A stretch of DNA of 37,474 nt, taken from positions 1 to 37,474 of IMG/VR virus record IMGVR_UViG_3300037483_001819. One strand, 5' to 3'. The translations under genes were made by a program, and so were the position numbers. This DNA comes from a virus. Taxonomy: Duplodnaviria > Caudoviricetes. Positions 8,785 through 15,370 of the stretch are shown here, in pieces (the first letter of the stretch is position 1; each line of letters starts with the position of its first letter). Under the pieces are notes generated by a model. The model did no database searches. It worked only from the letters and a program-made list of their open reading frames with translations, and was not told where the DNA came from.

Positions 8785-9150
8785 ATGAAAATTGACGACA
8801 AAATAAAGACACCGGGAGGGGTAGGAATTGTGGAAACTATTAATGATGTAAAAGCGATTGAAAGAGTTGAGAGTCTTCTTTCTCTTCTGAAGGTTGACGG
8901 CGATGCTATTTTTAAAATTATCGGATTGGTGCAGGACCACGCCGATTTCTTCAATGTGAGAATGGGCCATCGTTGCCTTCAGGCGGCAGCGACAAAGCTT
9001 GAGCAACTGGTCCGTGAGAATGTGGCCGATAAGCTGTACCCCGCTCGGGGATCAGCTTTATTGGCTTTGTTCGTCGGCGCGGAGCAGAGACGGACAAAGA
9101 CACAGCTTATCGGCCACATTCGCCGGACGCAATGGAAAAGTCTCTTTTAG
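8785..9150 (+). CDS. Hypothetical protein (C-terminal third runs through a palindrome)
   Basis: 121 aa ORF; last ~45 codons overlap the 9010-9128 inverted repeat. Confidence 0.55.
   Translation: MKIDDKIKTPGGVGIVETINDVKAIERVESLLSLLKVDGDAIFKIIGLVQDHADFFNVRMGHRCLQAAATKLEQLVRENVADKLYPARGSALLALFVGAEQRRTKTQLIGHIRRTQWKSLF
9010..9128. repeat. Branched palindrome with perfect 20-bp stem
   Basis: GAATGTGGCCGATAAGCTGT (9018-9037) is the exact reverse complement of 9102-9121; two internal hairpins. Confidence 0.85.
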
Positions 9151-9195
9151 TGAAACGGATATCTAATTTAAAAGGGCATTGGATTGGAGAAAATA

Positions 9196-9357
9196 ATGGA
9201 GAATAAAAGTCCTCAAGAATTAGCCGAAGCCCACTGGAAGTATATTGAAGACCTTTTAAAAGAACACGGCGAATCAGATGCCGTTATTTCTAAGATTGGA
9301 TTTCAAGTCGCCTCGATGAAATTGTTGTGTGAGGTGTTATATGGCTTTTTATATTAG
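9196..9357 (+). CDS. Small hypothetical protein (53 aa), reads through the attC half-site
   Basis: GGAG RBS; MENKSPQELAEAHWKYIEDLLKEHGESDAVISKIGF then continues into attC-derived sequence. Confidence 0.55.
   Translation: MENKSPQELAEAHWKYIEDLLKEHGESDAVISKIGFQVASMKLLCEVLYGFLY
9306..9330 (-). other. Truncated attC (R''/L'' arm only)
   Basis: Minus strand ACACAAC-AATTT-CATCGAG; matches the GTTGTGTG start of the same cassette; no partner arm found. Confidence 0.65.
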
Positions 9358-9508
9358 ACCTGAACGCATAGAGAAAATAATGGTGTGGCTGAGATGCCTC
9401 ATTTCTCATGATTGGGAATTTCGGGGTAATTTCTTTGTAGTAAGTGGCGGAGATAAGCCGTGGGGCCTGCATAAATGTAAACGATGTGGAAAGACGGCAG
9501 CATGGTAG
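9341..9508 (+). CDS. Cassette 5 (distal) ORF, 55 aa, C-x3-H...CxxC zinc-ribbon-like (DUF1660-like)
   Basis: Manual translation MAFYIRPERIEKIMVWLRCLISHDWEF...HKCKRCGKTAAW*; GAGGTG RBS. Confidence 0.7.
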   Translation: MAFYIRPERIEKIMVWLRCLISHDWEFRGNFFVVSGGDKPWGLHKCKRCGKTAAW

Positions 9509-9512
9509 TTAC

Positions 9513-9605
9513 ACACAACGCTCCGTTTAACCCGCGCGGAGTAAGACCTGAGACAGAAAAAACCGACGCGGTGAAGCTGCGTCGGTGTTGAAACGGTTGT
9601 TATAA
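9513..9605 (-). other. attC recombination site (93 bp)
   Basis: Minus strand TTATAAC-AACCG-TTTCAAC...GTTAAA-CGGAGC-GTTGTGT: 5/6-bp spacers and an extra base in L''. Confidence 0.9.
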
Positions 9606-9623
9606 AACCGACTTGGAGAACCT

Positions 9624-9800
9624 ATGAAAAAATGTGATTGTAGTTATCGTCGTTTTGTAGGGACTTATGGACATGACCGTTGCTACAAGGGGATGACATA
9701 TAAAATATTCCCTGACGGAGTGGTGGCTGAATATACAAAAAAATGCAGTTGGTTGAGGCGCTTGATTTGCGGAAAAGGCATTGATAAGCCGGTTTTATAA
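9624..9800 (+). CDS. Cassette 4 ORF, 58 aa Cys-rich hypothetical
   Basis: Manual translation MKKCDCSYRRFVG...GIDKPVL*; GGAG RBS; stop TAA inside the TAAC core. Confidence 0.7.
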   Translation: MKKCDCSYRRFVGTYGHDRCYKGMTYKIFPDGVVAEYTKKCSWLRRLICGKGIDKPVL

Positions 9801-9885
9801 CAACGCCGTCATGAGGGGCCGGGAATCCGATAATGGATTTTCAAACCTTAGCTATTCCCGGTCACTCTCGAAGCGGTTGTTACAC
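9795..9885 (-). other. attC recombination site (91 bp; irregular L'-R' spacer)
   Basis: Minus strand GTGTAAC-AACCG-CTTCGAG..CCGGGAAT...ATTCCCGG..CTCATG-ACGGCGTT-GTTATAA. Confidence 0.8.
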
Positions 9886-9917
9886 ATTTTTTCATCTTCT
9901 TTTATTAAGGAGGCACA

Positions 9918-10121
9918 ATGCCAGGAGTAGACCATAGATGCACAACACACCATTACGCCTGTGATTGCAGGGAGGCTGCTATAAAGTTTGTGGCCGAAAG
10001 ATTGCTTTCTGAACATGATGAACTTGCAAAATTCAAATCTGGATTTGGAAAGCCACGCCCATGCTTCTGTGCTGGCTGCCAAGAGGCGCGTAAGTTGATG
10101 GCGATTTCGGTAGATGTGTAA
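9918..10121 (+). CDS. Cassette 3 ORF, 67 aa Cys/His-rich hypothetical
   Basis: AAGGAGG RBS; CTTHHYACDCRE...CFCAGC; stop in TAAC core. Confidence 0.75.
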   Translation: MPGVDHRCTTHHYACDCREAAIKFVAERLLSEHDELAKFKSGFGKPRPCFCAGCQEARKLMAISVDV

Positions 10122-10203
10122 CGCCGTGCTCATTTGCCGGGGCACGAGCAAAACTAAAAACCGACCGGCGTTATTCGGGGTCGGCTGGGAGAAATTGTTA
10201 AAC
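10116..10203 (-). other. attC recombination site (88 bp)
   Basis: Minus strand GTTTAAC-AATTT-CTCCCAG...ATGAG-CACGGC-GTTACAC. Confidence 0.8.
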
Positions 10204-10230
10204 ATTTTCTATGCCTTGAAAGGAGGAAAA

Positions 10231-10509
10231 ATGTTCATTGAAGTAACAGATAAAATCAAGGATTCGTTGGAAGATCCATTGGATAGGATTTTCCGTAACG
10301 ATTACACCCCGGAGGGTATGTTTGAAAATGCTCAGTTCTTGAGGTATCGGCACAAAACTGGTACATGGGAAATTGAAATCAGGTCTGGTTTTTCTAAATT
10401 CAAGGTGATGCTTCAAGAATTTCAGGCTATGGCAATAATCAACAACGAGTTGGGGCATGACTTTACGCTTCAGGTCAGCAAATATGATAGAGATGCATTG
10501 TATGTTTAA
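10231..10509 (+). CDS. Cassette 2 ORF, 92 aa hypothetical
   Basis: AGGAGG RBS before ATG 10231 (ORF-track start 10114 would translate the attC); stop in TAAC core. Confidence 0.75.
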   Translation: MFIEVTDKIKDSLEDPLDRIFRNDYTPEGMFENAQFLRYRHKTGTWEIEIRSGFSKFKVMLQEFQAMAIINNELGHDFTLQVSKYDRDALYV

Positions 10510-10593
10510 CGTGCCGCGTGAGGCGCACGGGAACAGACGTGTGCTAAAAACAAACCAGCCTTCAACCGTGTCGCTTCGACGCGGTTGTTATGA
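10504..10593 (-). other. attC recombination site (90 bp)
   Basis: Minus strand TCATAAC-AACCG-CGTCGAA-GCGACACGG...CCGTGCGC-CTCACG-CGGCAC-GTTAAAC. Confidence 0.9.
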
Positions 10594-10608
10594 GGAGGTA
10601 TTAAATTT

Positions 10609-10842
10609 ATGGTTCAGGTAGTTGAAGAGCTTTATGAAATAAATATTGGTGGTGTTCCGGGTGATGAAGAAATGGGGCCGTCTTTTTTGATTAAGGCTTT
10701 CAAAGGCAAAAGAACTGAGAAATTCTATGGGCTGAAGATTATTCCCTCTGACGGCAGCAAGACACGGGAAATTTGGTTTAGCGATTTAAACCAGATAGCG
10801 AAACTGATAGAAAAAACGGGAGGCAAGACGGATGCCTCATAA
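10609..10842 (+). CDS. Cassette 1 (attI-proximal) ORF, 77 aa hypothetical
   Basis: GAGGAGG RBS overlapping the R'' box; stop TAA in the attI core. Confidence 0.75.
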   Translation: MVQVVEELYEINIGGVPGDEEMGPSFLIKAFKGKRTEKFYGLKIIPSDGSKTREIWFSDLNQIAKLIEKTGGKTDAS

Positions 10843-10865
10843 CAATTACTCTACGGAGAAAATGG
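10837..10865 (-). other. Putative attI site (crossover G|TT at 10843/10842)
   Basis: Minus strand ...CCGTAGAGTAATTG|TTATGAGG; GTTATGAGG complements R'' CCTCATAAC of the first attC; no hairpin; directly 5' of intI. Confidence 0.7.
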
Positions 10866-10891
10866 CTATGTATGAAATCTGGAGGTGATGC

Positions 10892-11917
10892 ATGAATACA
10901 GCGACAGCAAAGGTTTATTACCTCAATAAGAATAAATATCAGAAAAGCAATTGCCGACCAGAAGAGGAAGGGGCTTTTTGGAAGGGCATGCGGAATGAGA
11001 TCAGGCTGCGGCATTATAGCTACAGCACTGAAAAGACCTATGTTGACTGGTGTAAAAAGTTTGTCCTTTATTACAAGAAGAAGCACCCCCGTGACATGGG
11101 ATCGCAAGAGGTAAAGGACTATCTCACATACCTGGCGGTAAAGAGAAACCACGCCGCCTCGACGCAAAACCAGGCGTTTAATGCGCTGCTTTTTATGTAC
11201 CGGGAATACCTCAAAATAGAATTGACGGGGATAGATGCTGTCCGGGCGAAGAAGCCGAAGAAACTACCGGTGGTATTTACACATGATGAAGTGGATGCGG
11301 TTATGGACCATATGCGAGGGACGTATTGGATCATGTTCGCGTATATGTATGGCGCAGGGCTCAGGCTGATGGAGTGCTGCCGCTTAAGGGTTAAGGATAT
11401 TGATTTTGGGATGAAAAACATAACTGTCCGCGACGGCAAGGGTGGTAAGGACAGAACAGTGCCGCTGCCTGAGACCTCCATCGACAGAACCAAGCGGCAC
11501 CTGGAAAAAGTAAAAGCTGCACATGAAAAAGATTTACGCGAGGGCTACGGTACGGTCGAAATGCCCTTTGCGCTCGATCGGAAATATCCAAACGCAAAGA
11601 GGGAGTGGGGATGGCAATACGTCTTCCCCGCTGAATTCAGATCACGCGATCCACGCAGCGGCATTGTCCGGAGGCATCACCTCCATGAATCGGCAGTCCA
11701 GAAAATGGTCCATTCCGCAATCTTGAAGGCGAGGATTGTTAAACAGGCATCATGCCATACCCTTCGTCACAGCTTTGCCACTCATCTCCTTATGGCAGGC
11801 ACGGATATCCGCACAATACAAACACTAATGGGGCATAAAAACATAGAGACAACCATGATATATTTGCACGTGATAGGACAGGGCGCAGCAGTCAAAAGCC
11901 CTATGGATATGAGATGA
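10892..11917 (+). CDS. intI: Integron integrase (tyrosine recombinase)
   Basis: [45 protein letters not shown], IntI-specific insertion [21 protein letters not shown]...[30 protein letters not shown]; catalytic R-K-H-R-H-Y intact. Confidence 0.96.
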   Translation: MNTATAKVYYLNKNKYQKSNCRPEEEGAFWKGMRNEIRLRHYSYSTEKTYVDWCKKFVLYYKKKHPRDMGSQEVKDYLTYLAVKRNHAASTQNQAFNALLFMYREYLKIELTGIDAVRAKKPKKLPVVFTHDEVDAVMDHMRGTYWIMFAYMYGAGLRLMECCRLRVKDIDFGMKNITVRDGKGGKDRTVPLPETSIDRTKRHLEKVKAAHEKDLREGYGTVEMPFALDRKYPNAKREWGWQYVFPAEFRSRDPRSGIVRRHHLHESAVQKMVHSAILKARIVKQASCHTLRHSFATHLLMAGTDIRTIQTLMGHKNIETTMIYLHVIGQGAAVKSPMDMR

Positions 11918-12228
11918 ACTGGCTTGACAACATACGGCGTGAGGACCTGCATGAAAGTTATCAGGAGCTGATGGATGTTATGACTGGCGTCATCGGAGAT
12001 GCGCTAAGCATTGAGCTGATTATGAAATTGTCGTGCCACTACAAGGGCCAGTTTTATTTCCGCAGCCTGCAGGACATGATTTCCGACCGCAAGAAGAAAT
12101 TTATTATCGCTAATTTTAACGGTGACAACCATGAAGAGCTGGCGCGCAAGACAAACTGGTCGCTGCGCTATATCTACGATATTCTCGCCGAAGACCGCAA
12201 TAAATCTCAGCTCTCTTTTTTGAACTAG
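11914..12228 (+). CDS. mor: Mor/C family transcription activator
   Basis: [25 protein letters not shown]-terminal HTH, QLSF tail; sits just before the lysis/late genes. Confidence 0.88.
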   Translation: MNWLDNIRREDLHESYQELMDVMTGVIGDALSIELIMKLSCHYKGQFYFRSLQDMISDRKKKFIIANFNGDNHEELARKTNWSLRYIYDILAEDRNKSQLSFLN

Positions 12229-12235
12229 TTCAAAA
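12218..12235. promoter_or_regulatory. Perfect 18-bp palindrome TTTTGAACTAGTTCAAAA; candidate late-activator binding site
   Basis: Dyad spans the mor stop codon at the start of the early/late intergenic region; function inferred from position. Confidence 0.5.
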
Positions 12236-12384
12236 GACGCCTTCCCTTCTGCTCCGATAAAATCGGAGCATGCGTAACAAATCCATTGAGTTTTCCCCAT
12301 TAAAGCTGCAGGTTGTTTCACCCCCTGGGGGCGTCGGGCTTCACCTCCCTCAGCGCCCCTGCCTCACCCTCCCTTGCAGTGGCA

Positions 12385-12419
12385 ACAACCCCCTTGATCC
12401 CCCTTTGCTAAGGGGGAAT
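12385..12419. repeat. REP-like element ACAACCCCCT..CCCCCTTT.CTAA.GGGGAAT (second copy at 212-244)
   Basis: Two near-identical dispersed hairpin copies. Confidence 0.75.
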
Positions 12420-12421
12420 AT

Positions 12422-12868
12422 TTGATGCCTAAGGAAATCTTTGAAAAGTTATCAGACCTCGAACTCATCACTCTCTGCGTCTATGGCGAGGCGCGCAATC
12501 AGGGGCTTGACGGTATGCTGGGAGTGGCCTCGGTAATTGTCAACCGCGCGAAGCATCCCTCCTGGTGGGGCAGTGACATAAAGACCGTGGTGCTTAAGCC
12601 CAAACAGTTTTCCTGCCTTAATGAAAACGATCCCAACGTCTCGATTCTCAGGCAGATAGCAGAGGACTTCTCCGGCAGCCTTTCAAAACTCGGCGTGCTG
12701 AGGTTATGCCACTGGATATGCAGGGGCCTGCTTGAGGGCATGCTCTACAGCAACGTCGGCAGCGCAACGCACTACCACACTGTAAACTGCGATCCTGAGT
12801 GGGACGATAACATGCGACTGATTAAAAAAATCAACCAGCATGTGTTTTTTGAGGTGAAAAAGAAATGA
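12422..12868 (+). CDS. Endolysin, SleB/Hydrolase_2 cell wall hydrolase
   Basis: YGEARNQG, VASVIVNR, PKQFSCLN, ATHYH, INQHVFF. Confidence 0.9.
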   Translation: MMPKEIFEKLSDLELITLCVYGEARNQGLDGMLGVASVIVNRAKHPSWWGSDIKTVVLKPKQFSCLNENDPNVSILRQIAEDFSGSLSKLGVLRLCHWICRGLLEGMLYSNVGSATHYHTVNCDPEWDDNMRLIKKINQHVFFEVKKK

Positions 12869-13464
12869 AATATGTAACCCCAATATATGGCAAAGACTTC
12901 GGCCCCGGATATGTGGGTTTCTCGCGCAGGCGCAAAACAGGGCACATCATCAATGACGTTATTGTCTGGTTTGGCAATCTTCAGGAGGCCTGCGATTTTT
13001 CCGCTTCTCATGTGTTTGTGGTAGTAAACGAACGCATGGGGATTGAAAGCGCTGAAAGAGGCGCGGAGTATTTCAATCTTCAAAAAAGGCTATCCAACCC
13101 TGACCTGGAATTTGTCTTCAGGGAGCCCTCGCAGCTTGGCTGGCTGACAGTCAGGGAGATGCTGGAAGAAGGAGCAAGGCTGGAGAAAAAGGAAGTGCCC
13201 TATGACTATACAGGCCTGATCTTCGGGCATCCCATAGCAGCACTGGGACTGGCGAGGTGGTTTAAACCGCTGAGAAAAATGCCTGTACTGTTTCATTGGC
13301 CGGGATCTATGGTGTGTTCGAGCCTCGGGGCAAGACTGTTGAAGGCCACTACTGTGTTTAAAAATTTCAGGCTGTTCAGGGAATGGAATATTTTAAGGAT
13401 AACGCCTGTGATCCTTTACAATCACGGGCCATTTAAACCTTTTCGTTTCGACAAAAACAGATAG
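12865..13464 (+). CDS. Permuted papain-like NlpC/P60 (YiiX/YaeF-like) protein
   Basis: His motif (ASHV) precedes PYDY and Cys motif (MVCSSL). Confidence 0.7.
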   Translation: MKYVTPIYGKDFGPGYVGFSRRRKTGHIINDVIVWFGNLQEACDFSASHVFVVVNERMGIESAERGAEYFNLQKRLSNPDLEFVFREPSQLGWLTVREMLEEGARLEKKEVPYDYTGLIFGHPIAALGLARWFKPLRKMPVLFHWPGSMVCSSLGARLLKATTVFKNFRLFREWNILRITPVILYNHGPFKPFRFDKNR

Positions 13465-13473
13465 GAGGAAATT

Positions 13474-14016
13474 GTGATGAAACAGATTTACTGGATTTTG
13501 ATGGTGAGCGTGTTATTGACAGGCTGTGCCTCAGACAGGGCGTATGAGGCCTATGGCAACGCCTATGCGGCCTATGCAGGGCAACCTGATGTACAGACAA
13601 AGGCATGTGAAATTAACACTAAAAATGCGGTGACGCTGCCGGAAGGTTTTAATCTTGTCTGTTATCAGGCAAACACCGCGGCCAATCTTGTGCCTCCGCA
13701 GCAGATAAAGGACAGCGAATGGACAGCCCCTGTGCATAGCCTTGTCGGTGTTGTCGGCACAGTCGGAAGCATCGCTGTCGGCGGTCAGATGTTAAAGGAG
13801 GTCGTGGGAAAAGTCGGGAAATATGCAGGACACAATACTGCAGGGTCTTACAATCCAGTGGACAACTCCAACCAGGGCAATCCGATAGACAACTCCAATC
13901 AGGGAAACCCTGTGACGACTCCGGCCCCTGTGATAGTGAATCCTCCGGTAGTTATCACTCCTGTCTATGAGCCGCCGGTTGTTATAACACCTGTCATCCA
14001 GGGTGCGGCGCAATGA
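13474..14016 (+). CDS. Lipoprotein with Pro/Val-rich C-terminus
   Basis: Lipobox LLTGC; NPVDNSNQG duplication; PPVVITPV repeats. Confidence 0.7.
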   Translation: MMKQIYWILMVSVLLTGCASDRAYEAYGNAYAAYAGQPDVQTKACEINTKNAVTLPEGFNLVCYQANTAANLVPPQQIKDSEWTAPVHSLVGVVGTVGSIAVGGQMLKEVVGKVGKYAGHNTAGSYNPVDNSNQGNPIDNSNQGNPVTTPAPVIVNPPVVITPVYEPPVVITPVIQGAAQ

Positions 14017-14225
14017 AGGCGGGCCTTATCGCAGCATTGCTGTTGCTGATGGTTATGATTGGAGGCTGCGCCTCTGTGAGTGTGGACAACGGCAAATGCC
14101 ACGCGCAGTACTCCTCCTGGTTTAAAACACTCGACGGCGTCAGTATGTCCGCCTGCAGCGCGCAGGGCTCGGCAGTCAAATCAACAGTGGACATCCAGGA
14201 TTTCACTGACGGGGTGATGAAGTAG
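14013..14225 (+). CDS. Small lipoprotein
   Basis: Signal peptide ending IGGC. Confidence 0.65.
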   Translation: MKAGLIAALLLLMVMIGGCASVSVDNGKCHAQYSSWFKTLDGVSMSACSAQGSAVKSTVDIQDFTDGVMK

Positions 14226-14540
14226 ATGACTGAATTCGCCTCAGCGATAAAAGATTTCATGCTTGCGGCCCAGACACTGGGGCCGTGGGGCGTGGTCTTT
14301 TTTCTCTGGTGGGACAGCCGCAAACAGGACGCGAAATGGCAGTCCAGGTTTACCTCAGTTGAAGAGATGTACAAAAACAACGTCAAGCTGGTTGAGGCAT
14401 ACGAGAAGATGGCCGGCGGATACCAGGACATCGTTATCTTCAACACGCAGAAAATAACCGGGGTCATCGACCGGGTCGATAACAATCTTTTTTGCCCTAT
14501 CGTAAAGGACAAGACCAAGCCCAAGGAGGTGCACGGTTGA
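14226..14540 (+). CDS. Single-TM phage protein (possible holin/antiholin)
   Basis: LGPWGVVFFLWW hydrophobic segment then coiled region, C-terminal FCP; lysis-region position. Confidence 0.5.
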   Translation: MTEFASAIKDFMLAAQTLGPWGVVFFLWWDSRKQDAKWQSRFTSVEEMYKNNVKLVEAYEKMAGGYQDIVIFNTQKITGVIDRVDNNLFCPIVKDKTKPKEVHG

Positions 14541-14785
14541 GCGACGCGCGGTTACATTTAAAAGGTGAGCTTGCGGATTTAAAACAGCAATTGATGGAAC
14601 TGGAAATTGTCGGCAAAAACCATGCAGACGAAATCAAGACGCTCCTGTCGCTGTCCGCGGCCCGCCCTATCGAAAAAATAGACACACAGGAAATCCTGTC
14701 GCGCGCCAGGCAGCTCCACGAGGCCAGGGAAAAGCAGGCACAGTTAATGACAACGATCAGGCGGATTGCCAGGGAGCTGGAATAG
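14537..14785 (+). CDS. Coiled-coil hypothetical protein
   Basis: AGGAGG RBS before TTG 14537; overlaps both neighbours. Confidence 0.6.
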   Translation: MSDARLHLKGELADLKQQLMELEIVGKNHADEIKTLLSLSAARPIEKIDTQEILSRARQLHEAREKQAQLMTTIRRIARELE

Positions 14786-15363
14786 TGGCAAAGAAAAGCA
14801 CCCTCACCCCTGCCCTCTCCCCTCAAGGGCGAGGGAGAAAAGAGCACGAGAAAAAACGGCGGCATGGGAAGGTATACGAACTGCCGGAGGCGGTCAGGCA
14901 CGAAGTCAATGCGCTCATTGTACAACCGGAAATAACCTACGAAGATATCAGCGCCTTTTTAAAAACACGGGGCTATGACATTAGCACCTCCGCAATCGGC
15001 AGATACTGCCAGTGGTTCTTTAACGAGGTCCGCGAAACAGAGATGCTGCGCGACCAGGCAAAGCTGCTCACATCTGATCCGGATAAAGTCCTGCTGCTTG
15101 AGAAGCTCACATCGAGCATGATCGTCAAGCGGTTGGCAATTGCGCTACAGGAAGAAGAATTCGACGTGATGAAAAACGCCAAGCTGATCGCGGCCTATGC
15201 ATCATTGCAAAAGGCGAACCTTGACCGCGAGAAGTGGGGGGCGGAGATACAAAAGACAATCAAGGGTGTGGCAGAGGATGTCAGCAAGATCGTCAAGAAA
15301 AACGGTCTGTCGGAAGCTGCTGCAAGCCAGATCAGGAATAAGATACTGGGGATAAAAACATGA
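14785..15363 (+). CDS. DUF3486 / Mu gp27-like putative terminase small subunit
   Basis: RRHGKVYELP...TYEDISAFLKTRGYDISTSAIGRY; GLSEAAASQIRNKILGI C-terminus. Confidence 0.88.
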   Translation: MAKKSTLTPALSPQGRGRKEHEKKRRHGKVYELPEAVRHEVNALIVQPEITYEDISAFLKTRGYDISTSAIGRYCQWFFNEVRETEMLRDQAKLLTSDPDKVLLLEKLTSSMIVKRLAIALQEEEFDVMKNAKLIAAYASLQKANLDREKWGAEIQKTIKGVAEDVSKIVKKNGLSEAAASQIRNKILGIKT

Positions 15364-15370
15364 AATACAA

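Larger units (their letters stand above)
9306..11917. mobile_element. Integron: intI + putative attI + array of 5 gene cassettes
   Basis: IntI-family integrase with upstream attC array; each cassette's two ends are mutually complementary. Confidence 0.9.

Noticed and set aside
10114-10230. N-terminal extension of the 10114-10509 ORF
   Set aside because: It is translated attC sequence; the AGGAGG RBS supports ATG 10231
9290-10458. Minus-strand ORFs 9290-9472, 9852-10205 and 10198-10458 as the real cassette genes
   Set aside because: Two run across attC sequence and none has an evident RBS, whereas the plus-strand ORFs have strong RBSs and fit the cassette boundaries
9513-10843. Reading the attC sites on the plus strand (ordinary cassettes with an inverted integrase)
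   Set aside because: Spacer lengths and the extra L-box base fit only the minus strand in three of four sites, and the last ORF is followed by a non-hairpin attI-like site rather than an attC
10892-11917. Tyrosine recombinase as the prophage integrase or a Gin-like invertase
   Set aside because: It has the IntI-specific insertion and adjacent attC/attI sites; the phage already encodes a DDE transposase, and Gin is a serine recombinase
12222-12231. LexA (GAAC-N4-GTTC) SOS box
   Set aside because: Spacing is N2, not N4, and it lies downstream of intI
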